From assembly GCA_965228895.1 (NCBI GenBank), contig OZ245842.1:5440001-5504000 (forward strand): 64,000 bases of DNA. The letters run 5' to 3'. Below the pieces are notes generated by a model. That model worked only from the letters and a program-made list of their open reading frames with translations. It did no database searches and was not told the DNA's origin. Source of the stretch: Alphaproteobacteria bacterium (lineage in GTDB: Bacteria > Pseudomonadota > Alphaproteobacteria > SP197). Shown piece by piece: positions 40,827 to 51,348 of this stretch. Both the position numbers and the translations under genes were made by a program. Every line of letters begins with the position of its first letter. The stretch's first letter is position 1.

Positions 40827-41288
40827 ATGGCGACCACGCTCACCATCAATGGAGAGGTCCGTACCGTCGATGCGGACCCGAACATGCCCCTTCTGTGGGT
40901 CTTGAGAGACGAACTGAACCTCACCGGTACCAAATTCGGCTGCGGCGTCGCCATGTGCGGTGCCTGCACGGTCCACGTGGACGGCATCGCCATGCGCTCG
41001 TGCCAGACATTCTTGAGCGATGTCGAAGGCGCGTCCGTCACGACGATCGAGGCGGCCGACGGCCCGGAAGTCGCGGCGCTGCGCCAGGCCTGGGCCGAGC
41101 TTGACGTGCCCCAGTGCGGTTACTGCCAATCGGGTCAGATCATGCAGGCGGCCGAGCTTTTGGTCATGACACCCAAGCCCAGCGACGAAGACATCGACGC
41201 GGTGATGGACGGCAACGTTTGTCGCTGCGCCACCTATCACCGCATCCGCGCCGGCATTCATCGCGCGGCCGACATTCTGGAGGGCTGA
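40827..41288 (+). CDS. Isoquinoline 1-oxidoreductase-like small subunit (2x[2Fe-2S])
   Basis: GTKFGCG...[17 protein letters not shown]. Confidence 0.95.
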   Translation: MATTLTINGEVRTVDADPNMPLLWVLRDELNLTGTKFGCGVAMCGACTVHVDGIAMRSCQTFLSDVEGASVTTIEAADGPEVAALRQAWAELDVPQCGYCQSGQIMQAAELLVMTPKPSDEDIDAVMDGNVCRCATYHRIRAGIHRAADILEG

Positions 41289-41291
41289 GCC

Positions 41292-43487
41292 ATGAAGACG
41301 TTGATGCATCTGTTGTCTAACGGCGACACGAAGACGGCTGGCGGCTTGAGCCGGCGGACGTTTCTTCAGGCGAGCGGCGGCGTGACCGCCGGGCTTATCG
41401 TTGGCTTTCGCGTCTCCGATGTCAGCGCGGCGACCGGCGACGGCGCCTTCAACCCTTTTGTCCAGATCACCCCGGACGGCACGGTCACGGTGCTCTCCAA
41501 ACATCTCGATAAGGGCCAGGGCACCATGAGCGGCCTGGCATCGCTGGTCGCCGAGGAGCTCGACGCCGACTGGTCGATGGTCAGGGGTGATCACGCGCCG
41601 TCAAACCCAAGTGTCTACAACAACCTGCACTGGGGCGAGATCCAGGGCACCGGCGGATCGACCGGTATTCCCAACAGCTTCATGCAGTACCGTCAGGCTG
41701 GTGCCGCGGCGCGCGCCATGCTGGTGCAGGCCGCCGCCAGAGAATGGGGCGTGCCGGCAAACGAGATCGTGGTCGAGAACGGCATCATCTCCCACCCGTC
41801 AGGCCAGTCGGCGGGCTTCGGCGACTTTGCCGTTGCCGCGTCGAACGAGACACCGCCGGCAGATCTCACGCTCAAGTCGCCGGACGCTTTTAGGTTTATC
41901 GGCAAGGCGGACCACCGCCGCGTTGACACCGCCGCCAAGAGTCGGGGTGCGCAGATCTACACCCAGGATGTGCAGCTGCCGGGCATGCTGGTCGCGCTCA
42001 TCTCGCGCCCGCCCAAGTTCGGCGCCGTCGTGGAATCGTATGACGATAGCGCCGCACGTGCGATTGCCGGCGTAGAGGATGTGGTGCAGGTGCCGCAGGG
42101 CATCGCCGTATTGGCCGCCAACACGTGGACCGCGATGCAGGCGCGCGACGCCCTGGACATCACCTGGGATGACAGCAACGCCGAGATCCGCTCGACCGAT
42201 GAGCTCATGACCCAATACCGCGCTCTCGCCGAACAGCCGGGTCTGGTGGCCGAAGACGCGGGCGATGCGGACGCTGCCCTGGCGGGTGCCGAGACAGTGG
42301 TCGAGGCAACCTTCGAATTTCCGTTCCTGGCGCATGCGCCGATGGAGCCGATGAACGCGGTCGCGGTTCTGAAGCCCGGCGAGTCGCTCGATATCTGGAC
42401 CGGCAGCCAGCTTCCGACCCTCGATCATTCGATCGCGGCCGGCATTGCCGGACTCGAGCTCGCGCAGGTGAACATTCACACGCTCCACGCCGGCGGCTCG
42501 TTTGGGCGGCGCGCCAACCCGACATCGGACTTCGTCAACGAAGCCGTCAACATCGCCGTCGCGATCAACGGCCGTGCGCCGGTCAAGCTGATATGGAGCC
42601 GCGAGGACGATATTCGGGGCGGCTACTACCGGCCCATGTATGTGCACAAGATCCGAGCCGGACTGGACGATGCGGGCAACATTGTCGGCCTGCACCATCG
42701 CATTGTCGGCCAATCCATCCTGACGGGAACGCCGTTCGAAGCGTTCCTGATCAGGGACGGCATCGACAACACGTCGGTCGAGGGCGCGCGGGAGCTCCCC
42801 TATACGGTTGGCGCCCATCGCCTGGAGGTACACAATACCGATGCCCGCGTCCCCGTGTTGTGGTGGCGTGCCGTTGGCAGCACGCACACGGCCTATGTCG
42901 TCGAAACCATGATGGACCGGCTGGCCAACGCTGCCGGCGAAGACCCGGTCGCGTTCCGCCTTAAGCATCTGAAGAACAGCCCGCGTGAGGCGGCGGTGCT
43001 CAGCCTGGTGGCCGAGAAGGCCGGTTGGGGCGAGACCGAGTTGCCGGCGGATGTGCACCGCGGGGTGGCCGTCCACAAGTCGTTCGGTTCCTACGTCGCG
43101 CAGGTCGCGGATGTCCGTCTGCTGGATGGCGGCGGCATGAAGGTCGAGCGTGTCGTCTGCGCGATTGATTGCGGTGTCGCCGTCATGCCGGACCAGGTGG
43201 CCGCGCAGATGGAAGGCGGCATCGGTTACGGTCTCGGCGCGGTCCTGCGCAATCAGATCACGATGGTCGACGGCGAGGTGCAGGAAGCCCAATTCTACGA
43301 TTACGAGCCACTTCGCATCAGCGACATGCCGCATGTCGAAACCCATATCGTGCCGTCGTCGGTAGCGCCGACCGGCGCGGGCGAGCCCGGCACGCCGCCG
43401 ATCGGTCCTGCCGTCGCGAACGCAGTCTTCTGGGGGACGGGCCGTGAGCTCAACACGCTACCGTTCAGCCAAGCTGGACTGGTCTGA
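41292..43487 (+). CDS. Isoquinoline 1-oxidoreductase-like molybdopterin subunit, Tat-exported
   Basis: SRRTFLQ Tat motif, GQG, TGGS, HAPMEP, GGSFGRR, WWRAV, GEPGTPP. Confidence 0.93.
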   Translation: MKTLMHLLSNGDTKTAGGLSRRTFLQASGGVTAGLIVGFRVSDVSAATGDGAFNPFVQITPDGTVTVLSKHLDKGQGTMSGLASLVAEELDADWSMVRGDHAPSNPSVYNNLHWGEIQGTGGSTGIPNSFMQYRQAGAAARAMLVQAAAREWGVPANEIVVENGIISHPSGQSAGFGDFAVAASNETPPADLTLKSPDAFRFIGKADHRRVDTAAKSRGAQIYTQDVQLPGMLVALISRPPKFGAVVESYDDSAARAIAGVEDVVQVPQGIAVLAANTWTAMQARDALDITWDDSNAEIRSTDELMTQYRALAEQPGLVAEDAGDADAALAGAETVVEATFEFPFLAHAPMEPMNAVAVLKPGESLDIWTGSQLPTLDHSIAAGIAGLELAQVNIHTLHAGGSFGRRANPTSDFVNEAVNIAVAINGRAPVKLIWSREDDIRGGYYRPMYVHKIRAGLDDAGNIVGLHHRIVGQSILTGTPFEAFLIRDGIDNTSVEGARELPYTVGAHRLEVHNTDARVPVLWWRAVGSTHTAYVVETMMDRLANAAGEDPVAFRLKHLKNSPREAAVLSLVAEKAGWGETELPADVHRGVAVHKSFGSYVAQVADVRLLDGGGMKVERVVCAIDCGVAVMPDQVAAQMEGGIGYGLGAVLRNQITMVDGEVQEAQFYDYEPLRISDMPHVETHIVPSSVAPTGAGEPGTPPIGPAVANAVFWGTGRELNTLPFSQAGLV

Positions 43488-43514
43488 TCGACTCGAAAGC
43501 CGGCTTGGCTGGTG

Positions 43515-44306
43515 TCAGGACGTGCGGCCGAAGAAGTTCATGCGGATGTCGTCGCTGAAGACCGTGCCGGGCTGGGAGTCATAGGAGAGCACCAACACCA
43601 GCCGGTCGGGGCCGGCTTCGATGGGTGTGACCCGGTGAAGCGAACGGTTGCCGTTGAACAGCGCGAGTGTGCCGGGCTCCTGGTCTTCCTGGCGAATGTC
43701 GGGCCAGCGTCCATCCATGACCTCGTCATAGACGTCGACCGCGCGGGCCTTGTCGGCCTGGCGCACGGCGGGCGCGAACTCGAAGACACCGCCGGTGCCG
43801 GCGTTCTGCAGCATCAAGGTGACGACGCCGTCATTGGGATCGAAGTGCCAGCCCAGTTCGTCGCCCGGCCCATAACCGGTCAGCATACAACCGACCATCA
43901 CGTCGGCGGTCGCGTAATAGGGCATCACGCCGAAGACCGTGCCCAGAAAGTCGGTCAACGGTTGCCAGCCATAGATCTGACGAAGCGGCGACGACGTCGC
44001 CATGCGGTCGCCGCCGGTGCAGCGCACGGCGGCGCGGGTCGGCCGGTGCCAAGGGTAGAGGCCGGTCTCCTCCCCGGTTTTTATGTTTCGGATGCGCTCG
44101 TGCCAGTGACCGTCGCCGAGCAGGGTTTCGGCTTCGCCGGCGACTGACGTTACGTGCTCGGCGCGGATGAAGCCCGGCATGGTGAAGTAGCCGGGATTCT
44201 CCAGCTTTGCCTTCGCGTCGGTGACCAGGGCCTGCGCTTCCGGCGACGTGAGATCGGCGATCGGATAACGGTCGAGGTCGACAATGTCGGTGATCGGATC
44301 AGGCAT
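43515..44306 (-). CDS. Fe(II)/2OG oxygenase, probably BesD/HalD-related, hydroxylase-type (HxD)
   Basis: LGWHFD, GG.FE..P, G.L.LF.G..SLHRVTP, R..LVLSY. Confidence 0.65.
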   Translation of the reverse strand: MPDPITDIVDLDRYPIADLTSPEAQALVTDAKAKLENPGYFTMPGFIRAEHVTSVAGEAETLLGDGHWHERIRNIKTGEETGLYPWHRPTRAAVRCTGGDRMATSSPLRQIYGWQPLTDFLGTVFGVMPYYATADVMVGCMLTGYGPGDELGWHFDPNDGVVTLMLQNAGTGGVFEFAPAVRQADKARAVDVYDEVMDGRWPDIRQEDQEPGTLALFNGNRSLHRVTPIEAGPDRLVLVLSYDSQPGTVFSDDIRMNFFGRTS

Positions 44307-45108
44307 AGGCGGCAATGATCTCCCGGATCTTGGCGTTCACCACCTCGGGCTTGTGGCCGCACAGCGAGAGGTGGCCGAGCCCCTCCAGCATATGAAAGTG
44401 GCCGTCGGCTGCCAACTCGGCGACTTCGCGGCCCAATTGGGGCGGCGCCTGCATGTCCTGGCTGAAGCCGAGCACATGGATCGGCACCTTACACCCCGGC
44501 AGCCGATCGCGGGTATCGAAGTCGCAGCAGGCCTGCCATTGCGCGTCCAGCATGGCGCCGTCCCGGTGCTCATAGGCCTCCGACGTTACCTGCTTCAGCT
44601 TGTTCCATAACGCCTCGTCGCCCAGCACTTCGGAGGGATACATGAAGGCGCCGTAATGGGTCATGGCGAAGTCGGGCGGCAGGTCGCCGTGCTCGCGGCG
44701 GTAGCGGATTTCCGACTCCATCCATTCGCGCGAAAAGCCGCTGGCATAGGCTTCCGTGCCCATGGGGATCGCGACCTTGACCAGGTCCGGCCAATTGATC
44801 GCGACCTCCTGGGTGATCATCGAACCCATGGAGAGGCCGGCGACGACCACCGGCGGTTCGCACACTGCCTCGATCAGCTCGGCGCAGTCGCGCGCCATGT
44901 CCAAGATCGACCACGGCGGCGGATCGATGATGCCGGTCTCGCCAACGCCGCGTGGGTCGTGGATGGTGTTGCGGCAATCGGGAAACCCTTCGACCTGCCA
45001 CCGCATCTCACGGCCGCGCTGATCGCCGCCGGGGATCCAGACGATGTCGGGGCCATCGCCAGATTGTTCGTAGTAAAGGTTGGCGCCGGACGTTTTGTGG
45101 TGGGGCAT
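44299..45108 (-). CDS. Alpha/beta hydrolase
   Basis: DPRGVG, GLSMG nucleophile elbow, GH near the C-terminus. Confidence 0.9.
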   Translation of the reverse strand: MPHHKTSGANLYYEQSGDGPDIVWIPGGDQRGREMRWQVEGFPDCRNTIHDPRGVGETGIIDPPPWSILDMARDCAELIEAVCEPPVVVAGLSMGSMITQEVAINWPDLVKVAIPMGTEAYASGFSREWMESEIRYRREHGDLPPDFAMTHYGAFMYPSEVLGDEALWNKLKQVTSEAYEHRDGAMLDAQWQACCDFDTRDRLPGCKVPIHVLGFSQDMQAPPQLGREVAELAADGHFHMLEGLGHLSLCGHKPEVVNAKIREIIAAYA

Positions 45109-45120
45109 GGGGTTCTTCTC

Positions 45121-46077
45121 CTAGTCCTGCGGCATAGCGGCGAGCACCGCGTCCCAAAGGGTTTCGGCGGCCATCTCGCCGAGTGTGATGGGGCCGAGTC
45201 GCGGGTTGTCGACTTCGCCGGTCGAGACGAGAAACAGGACGTCGCCGTCATAAAGCGTGTGAAAGGGCCGGATCATACGCCCCATGGCACTATGGATCTG
45301 GCGGCTCATCTGCTGGCGGACATAACTGTCCAGGTTCTGGTTGGTCACGATCACGGTCAGCGTCGTGTTGCCGGGACCGGCGCCGTCGGCCGCCAGATCG
45401 TCAGCCATGATCTCCGTCATCGGCCGGCGTTCGCCGGTCTCGTGATTGATGAACCCGCGCACCAGCCGGCCGTCGCGGTCGAAGACGCCGCCGACCGCGT
45501 TGACGACGGAGATCGCCAGTATCCGGGTCTCGCCGATCTGCCGGAAGGCTGCACCCTGACCCGATGTCTCCCAGCCGTGGATGGTCAGGGGCGCCGCGTT
45601 GCCGACCGTGGCCGACATGCCGGCGCCGCGTGCGCCCAAGGGAAACCAGCCGGGCTGCGCGGCGGCAAGGGCTGCTTCGCCCAGCGCCTTATCCGGATAG
45701 ATCGCGTTTTCGCGGTAGCCGAAGTCATAGATGATGGCGCCGGAGACGAGCGGCAGCGCATCAAAAGCGGTGTCGTGCCCGCGGGCTGCAGAGAGTGAGG
45801 CCGCGACGCCGGCGCTTGCCTCCAGTCCCAGGATCGAACCGCCGGCCAGGCAGATGGCATCGACGGAACCGTAATCGCCCACCATGCCGACGGCGCCGCC
45901 GCGCCGGTCGACATCGAGGTTGGCGGTCTGGGCGAAGCGAATGACTGTGCAACCGGTCGGACCCTCCGCATACTCCGCGACGCCGATCTCGACACCCGGA
46001 AAGTCGAAGGTGAGCCCCGGCCCTTCGGGCGGCGCTTGCGGCACAAGCTCCAGGCTGTCGTTGGAAACGGCACTCAC
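45121..46077 (-). CDS. P1/DmpA-family peptidase
   Basis: TGCT, LAGGS, VVNAVG, GNTT cleavage site, PFHT.YDGD. Confidence 0.88.
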   Translation of the reverse strand: MSAVSNDSLELVPQAPPEGPGLTFDFPGVEIGVAEYAEGPTGCTVIRFAQTANLDVDRRGGAVGMVGDYGSVDAICLAGGSILGLEASAGVAASLSAARGHDTAFDALPLVSGAIIYDFGYRENAIYPDKALGEAALAAAQPGWFPLGARGAGMSATVGNAAPLTIHGWETSGQGAAFRQIGETRILAISVVNAVGGVFDRDGRLVRGFINHETGERRPMTEIMADDLAADGAGPGNTTLTVIVTNQNLDSYVRQQMSRQIHSAMGRMIRPFHTLYDGDVLFLVSTGEVDNPRLGPITLGEMAAETLWDAVLAAMPQD

Positions 46078-48704
46078 GAAACGCTGTCATCCAGCGACTT
46101 GCTGGCCTTCTCGAAGACATCGCGCGAGAGGTTGGGTGTGCCGAGAATGCGGTCGAGCGCGCTTTTCATCAGTTGCTGGCGCGCGCTGTCGAACCGGCGC
46201 CATCGGCCCAGGGGATCGATCAGACGCGCGGCGAGCTGTGGATTCAAGGCATCGATCTCGATGATGCGGTCGGCGACGAAGCCATAGCCTGCACCGTCGG
46301 CGCGGTGGAAGCTTAAGGGGTTGCCCATGGCAAACGCGCCGACCAGGGCGCGGACCCGGTTGGGATTGCGCAGCGTGAAGTCGTCGCGCGCCATCAACGC
46401 CTGCACCTGATCAAGCGTATCGTCGCGGGTCGAGCGCGCCTGCACCGAATACCATTTGTCGACGACCAGGGCGTCGTCCTTGAAGCGGTCGTAGAAGTCG
46501 TCGAGCGCCGACTGACGCTCCGGTGTCTCCAGATCGCTCAACAGGCTCAAGGCCGCCATCCGGTCGGTCATGTTGTCGCCGTTGCGGTACTGCGTCGCCA
46601 CCATGTCGAGATGACCGCCGGCAGCGAGATAACCAAGCGCGGTGTTCTTCAAGGCACGACGTCCGGCTTCCGCGGCGTCCGGGCTATAGGGCTGGTTGCT
46701 CAGGCAGGTTCGATAGGTGTCCTGCAGCGCGCCATCCAGTTCTCCGGCGATCGCCTCGCGCAGGGTCTCGCGCGCGGTGTGGATGGCTTCGACATCGACC
46801 ACCTCCATCTGATCGGCGAGATACCCTTCGCCGGGCAGCAGGATCGCCTGGGCGGCGAAGGCGGGATCCAGTGTTGCGTCGTCGACGATGCTCTTGATAG
46901 CACCGATGAACGTGCCGTCGATCTCCATGTCGCGCCCGTTCTGGATCGAGGCGACGCCGCGCAGCAGAAGCCGCGTGCCGTATTGCTGGCCGGATTCCCA
47001 GCGGTTGAAGGGATCGCTGTCATGGGCCATCAGGAACGCGTCGGCCCCGTTGCCGGCATCGCTCTTGATGCGCACCGGCGCGGAAAACGCGCGGTTCATG
47101 GAAGGCACCGGACTTTCGGAAACGCCCTCGAACACGAAACTCTGTTCGGCCTCTTGCAGATGCACGACATGGCTTTCGCCCGACACGCCGTCATAGGTCG
47201 TCGTCAACGGCGCACCGCTGGCTCCAATCAGGGCGATGTCGATCGGCATGTAGAGCGGTTTCTTGTCGGGCTGGCCGGGTGTCGGCGGCGTCACCTGACT
47301 TATGGCGACCGAATAGCGGTTCGTTGCTTCGTCCCAGTGACCGATGACAGAGAGTTCCGGGGTGCCGGCCTGGGAGTACCAGAGTTTGAAGTGGGTGAAG
47401 TCGACATCGTTGGCGTCCGCCATGGCGGCGACGAAGTCGTCGCAGGTCGCGGCCGCGCCGTCATGGCGCTCGAAATAGAGGTCGAGGCCCCGGCGAAAGC
47501 CGTCACGGCCGACAATGCGTTCGATCATGCGGATGACTTCCGCGCCCTTCTCGTAGACGGTCGGCGTATAGAAGTTGTTGATTTCGATATAGCTCGCTGG
47601 GCGCACCGGGTGGGCCAGCGGGCTGGCGTCTTCGGGGAACTGCGCGGCGCGTAATGCGCGCACGTCTTCGATGCGTTTGACCGGGCGGCTCCGCATGTCC
47701 GCGGAAAACTCTTGATCGCGGAACACCGTCAGGCCTTCCTTCAAAGACAATTGGAACCAGTCGCGGCAGGTCACGCGGTCGCCGGTCCAGTTGTGAAAAT
47801 ACTCGTGGGCGATGACGGATTCGATGAAGGCATAGTCGGCATCGGTCGCCGTCTCGGGGCTCGCCAGCACCAGCTTCGAATTGAAGATGTTAAGGCTCTT
47901 GTTCTCCATCGCCCCCATGTTGAAGTCGCTGACCGCGACGATGTTGAAGATGTCGAGGTCGTACTCCAGGCCGAAACGTTCCTCATCCCAGCGCATGGCG
48001 CGTTTCAGTGAATCCATCGCATAGGTGCAGCGCGGCTCGTTGCCGTGCTCCGACCAGATGCGCAGGGTCACGTCCCGGCCCGACGCCGTGGTGAAACTGT
48101 CTTCCAGGCAACCTAGATCACCGGCAACAAGGGCGAAGAGATAGGACGGTTTGGGGAAGGGGTCGTGCCACACCGCGCGATGCCGCCCGCCGTCAACGTC
48201 CTCCGACGAGTGTGGATTGCCATTCGACAACAGGACGGGGTACTGCGCTTTGTCGGCGGTCATCGTGACGCGGTAGGTCGCGAGCACGTCGGGGCGGTCC
48301 TGGAAGAACGTGATGCGTCGAAACCCCTCGGCCTCGCACTGGGTGCAGAACATGCCGCTTGAGACATAGAGGCCTTCCAACGTCGTGTTATCCGCCGGCG
48401 CGATCTCAGTCTCGGTGACCAGCGTGAACCGGTCGGGTACCTCGTGCAGGGTCAGACCGTTGTCATCGTGGGCGTAGGCGGACTCGTCGAGCGGTTCGCC
48501 ATCAAGCGTCAAGGACAGCAGCGGAAGTTTGTCGCCGTGCAATTCAAATGAACCACCGCCTTGGCCGTTATCGACGACCGACATGGTGGCGCGAACCCGC
48601 GTCTTGGCCGGATCGAGATCGAAATCCAGATCGACCTCCTCGATGCGATAGGCCGGCGGACGGTAATCCTCAAGACGGATCGTGCGCGGCTCTTCGGTTC
48701 TCAT
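46074..48704 (-). CDS. pepN: Aminopeptidase N
   Basis: GAMEN, HEYFH..(x18)..E, TVYEKGAE, NPNRVR. Confidence 0.97.
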   Translation of the reverse strand: MRTEEPRTIRLEDYRPPAYRIEEVDLDFDLDPAKTRVRATMSVVDNGQGGGSFELHGDKLPLLSLTLDGEPLDESAYAHDDNGLTLHEVPDRFTLVTETEIAPADNTTLEGLYVSSGMFCTQCEAEGFRRITFFQDRPDVLATYRVTMTADKAQYPVLLSNGNPHSSEDVDGGRHRAVWHDPFPKPSYLFALVAGDLGCLEDSFTTASGRDVTLRIWSEHGNEPRCTYAMDSLKRAMRWDEERFGLEYDLDIFNIVAVSDFNMGAMENKSLNIFNSKLVLASPETATDADYAFIESVIAHEYFHNWTGDRVTCRDWFQLSLKEGLTVFRDQEFSADMRSRPVKRIEDVRALRAAQFPEDASPLAHPVRPASYIEINNFYTPTVYEKGAEVIRMIERIVGRDGFRRGLDLYFERHDGAAATCDDFVAAMADANDVDFTHFKLWYSQAGTPELSVIGHWDEATNRYSVAISQVTPPTPGQPDKKPLYMPIDIALIGASGAPLTTTYDGVSGESHVVHLQEAEQSFVFEGVSESPVPSMNRAFSAPVRIKSDAGNGADAFLMAHDSDPFNRWESGQQYGTRLLLRGVASIQNGRDMEIDGTFIGAIKSIVDDATLDPAFAAQAILLPGEGYLADQMEVVDVEAIHTARETLREAIAGELDGALQDTYRTCLSNQPYSPDAAEAGRRALKNTALGYLAAGGHLDMVATQYRNGDNMTDRMAALSLLSDLETPERQSALDDFYDRFKDDALVVDKWYSVQARSTRDDTLDQVQALMARDDFTLRNPNRVRALVGAFAMGNPLSFHRADGAGYGFVADRIIEIDALNPQLAARLIDPLGRWRRFDSARQQLMKSALDRILGTPNLSRDVFEKASKSLDDSVS

Positions 48705-50014
48705 GCTGCGGTCTCCCGTTTGCCCTCAGGGCCTATGGTGTTCTCCATGATGCGGCGGACTCGCACCGCCGGATCGTTCTCGTCGATGGCGACGTCGGAC
48801 CAGCGAATCATTTGTCCAGCGGCGATATCGTGCTTCAGCGCGACGTCCTGGGCCAGACCGATTGGAAGAAGACCTTGTTGCACGGATCGGTGCGCGGGCA
48901 CCAGCTTGCCCCACACCGTCGCGCCGCCCTCGCCGTCAAGTGTTTCGCCGGTCTTCAGGTCGCGTTTGGCGACGGCGACGGCATCGCCGCGAAACGCCTG
49001 GGGCGAACCGGTGGACTCGCCGCGTACAGCGATGCTGGCGACGGAGATGCCGAGCTCCAGGCCGATCAGGTGGTAGGGTTTCCACATGGCGGCATAACGG
49101 CCGCTGGTGTCCGTCGCCAGGCCGTACTCCCGGAAACAGCGTGCGGCATAGTCGTCGCCTGCCGCCAGCGTGACATAGACACCCCAGCGCAGGTCGCCGG
49201 CGACCGGAGAACCGTCGCGCGCCAGGCTGCTGACCACCTCGACCATGCCGGATGCCGGCAACAGGCCGCCATCGGCCTGGGGTTTCAGGATCTCTGCGAG
49301 CTCGTGGCTGCCGGCAGGCGGAAAACCCAAACCATCGTCGGGCGGTGCCAGATCGGTTGCGTTGACAACCGCCGCCATCTCGATCGCCGACTTCGTGCCG
49401 TCCAGGAACGAATTGAACATCTTGGGGTTCATGCCGCCGGCCTGGGCTTCTTCCGGTGTCAGCCCGTAATGCGACCAGACCGTGTCCGGCGTCGACTGGT
49501 GATAGGCCGGCAGATACTTGGTGCCCTTGCCGGCGCAGACGATCTCGAAACCGGCCGTGCGGCCCCAATCGACGAGTTCGGCGATCAACGCCGGCTGGTC
49601 GCCATAGGCAAGCGAATAGACCAGGCCGGCGTTCCGGGCATTGCGGGCCAGCAGGGGCCCCGCCAGCACGTCGGCCTCGACGTTTACCATGATCAGATGA
49701 CGGCCTTCGCGGATGGCAATCTCGCCGTGGCGAAGACCGGCGGCCGGGTGGCCGGTTGCTTCGATGACGATCTCGACGCCGTCGCGCGCGATCAGGTCCG
49801 CTGCGTCGTCCGTGAGCGCCGTCTGCGTGGCGTCCCAGCCGGCTTGAGTCATCGTCCGCCGGGCCCGGTCGACGTCCAGATCGGCGATGCCGACCAGCCT
49901 CATGCCCGGCGTGTGGCGGGCGCGGTTGAGGAACATGGCGCCGAATTTGCCGGCGCCGATCAGCGCGACGCCAACCGGGGTTTCGCGTGCCCGCATGCCG
50001 GCAAACAGGTTCAA
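48701..50014 (-). CDS. NAD(P)-binding homoserine-dehydrogenase-like oxidoreductase with C-terminal SAF domain
   Basis: GAGKFG, GDQP, DGTK, PYHLIG, LDGEGG, LPIGL. Confidence 0.88.
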   Translation of the reverse strand: MNLFAGMRARETPVGVALIGAGKFGAMFLNRARHTPGMRLVGIADLDVDRARRTMTQAGWDATQTALTDDAADLIARDGVEIVIEATGHPAAGLRHGEIAIREGRHLIMVNVEADVLAGPLLARNARNAGLVYSLAYGDQPALIAELVDWGRTAGFEIVCAGKGTKYLPAYHQSTPDTVWSHYGLTPEEAQAGGMNPKMFNSFLDGTKSAIEMAAVVNATDLAPPDDGLGFPPAGSHELAEILKPQADGGLLPASGMVEVVSSLARDGSPVAGDLRWGVYVTLAAGDDYAARCFREYGLATDTSGRYAAMWKPYHLIGLELGISVASIAVRGESTGSPQAFRGDAVAVAKRDLKTGETLDGEGGATVWGKLVPAHRSVQQGLLPIGLAQDVALKHDIAAGQMIRWSDVAIDENDPAVRVRRIMENTIGPEGKRETAA

Positions 50015-50100
50015 TTCCGACTCCGGAAGACCGAGGGGTGGGCATCCTGCCCGAAATCGGGGGTCGGCGTCACCCGCCCGATGAGATCGCGACGCGTAAA

Positions 50101-51348
50101 CTAGGGGCTGGATCCGCAGTCGAAGGCGCCGGGCTCGAAAAAGTCCGGCGGGTAATGCGCGGCCGCGGTGACGATGTGGTTCTGGGTCTCGTCAAAAATC
50201 ATCTCGCGCCGCCAGACTAGATCGCCGTCCGCATCGGCCAACAGGACCCGGCCCCGTTCTGGTTCGGTCATCAGGATCGCGCCGTTGTCGAGCACCTGAT
50301 GGGTGCCGCGCTGCCAGGTATAGAACGAAACATCGCTGTTACCTTCGAAGGTCACTTCCCATTCGTCCGTTGCCGGATTGATGGCGATAATGCGCGACGC
50401 GCCCAACCCCATCTGGTTGTCGAACACGGAAATGCGGCCGTCGGGCAGAAAGTCGGGATCGTGCTGGCGGAACCAGGGTCCGTGCTTCCACCACTTCAGA
50501 AGCCGAGTCTCGGGGTCGATCACCGCGACCAGATTGAGCTCACGCAGGCTGATCAGAAGGTCGCCCGCTTCGAACATGGGAAAGGCGGCAGCAAGGTCTT
50601 CGGTCAACGGTTCGACGTCGTTCGAATGGAAGGCACTACCGTGATAGACGATCTGATCGGGGTCTTCGTCGGAATGAATCGAGAAGACACCGTACTGATT
50701 CTGCGCCGCGATAATGTCACGCTTGAGGTGAATGCTCTCCAGCACCTCACCGGTGTCGGCGTCCAGTTTGGTCAGGATCTCATTGACCCAGGACCAGATA
50801 ACACCGTCATCGCCGTTCGCGACGACGTGATGGTAGCGACCGGGTGTCACCCAGAGCGGCTGGCCGCAGGCATCGATGCGCGCGATGACGTTGCCGTTGT
50901 CGAACGCGACAGCAATTGAGCCATCCGAAAAAGCGAGCAGACCGTGCAGCATCACGTTCTCCTGCTTCTCGCCCTCGGGGTCGAGCGCCTCGTAGTCGAT
51001 CGCCCAGTGATGCAGTTCATTTCCCTGATCGTCATAGAGCGTCGCGCCTTGAAGCAGCGTGCGGTCGGGCGCAAGGCCGGCGATAAGGACCGGGCCGTCG
51101 GGAACGCTCGCCGGCTGCTCGATGCGGAAGGCAACGCGCATAGGATCGTCAGCCGGGACAAGGTGGCGGGTCGGTTCCAGCGCCAGATCGTTGCGCCAGT
51201 GTTCGGCCAGATCCATCACGGTCGCCCGCGCCTCGATGATTTGTGGTGCCGGGAAGACGCGGTAAATGACGGCAAACACGCCGAACGTGATGCACAGGAT
51301 GCCGAACGACGCAATGAACGCCGATCGCAAGAAACGATCTCCTGTCAT
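50101..51348 (-). CDS. Arylsulfotransferase (ASST) family protein with N-terminal membrane anchor
   Basis: N-terminal TM, YHH, FHSNDV, LLISLR, QHDPDF, VFDN and beta-propeller-like repeats. Confidence 0.85.
   Translation of the reverse strand: MTGDRFLRSAFIASFGILCITFGVFAVIYRVFPAPQIIEARATVMDLAEHWRNDLALEPTRHLVPADDPMRVAFRIEQPASVPDGPVLIAGLAPDRTLLQGATLYDDQGNELHHWAIDYEALDPEGEKQENVMLHGLLAFSDGSIAVAFDNGNVIARIDACGQPLWVTPGRYHHVVANGDDGVIWSWVNEILTKLDADTGEVLESIHLKRDIIAAQNQYGVFSIHSDEDPDQIVYHGSAFHSNDVEPLTEDLAAAFPMFEAGDLLISLRELNLVAVIDPETRLLKWWKHGPWFRQHDPDFLPDGRISVFDNQMGLGASRIIAINPATDEWEVTFEGNSDVSFYTWQRGTHQVLDNGAILMTEPERGRVLLADADGDLVWRREMIFDETQNHIVTAAAHYPPDFFEPGAFDCGSSP

Noticed and set aside
43515-44306. Radical halogenase
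   Set aside because: The facial triad retains Asp (HFD), which indicates a hydroxylase.
48548-50104. Long antisense or alternate-frame ORFs (e.g. 48548-50104 +, 41799-43346 -, 26672-28198 -)
   Set aside because: These are shadow ORFs expected in high-GC DNA. They overlap well-supported genes and have no motifs.
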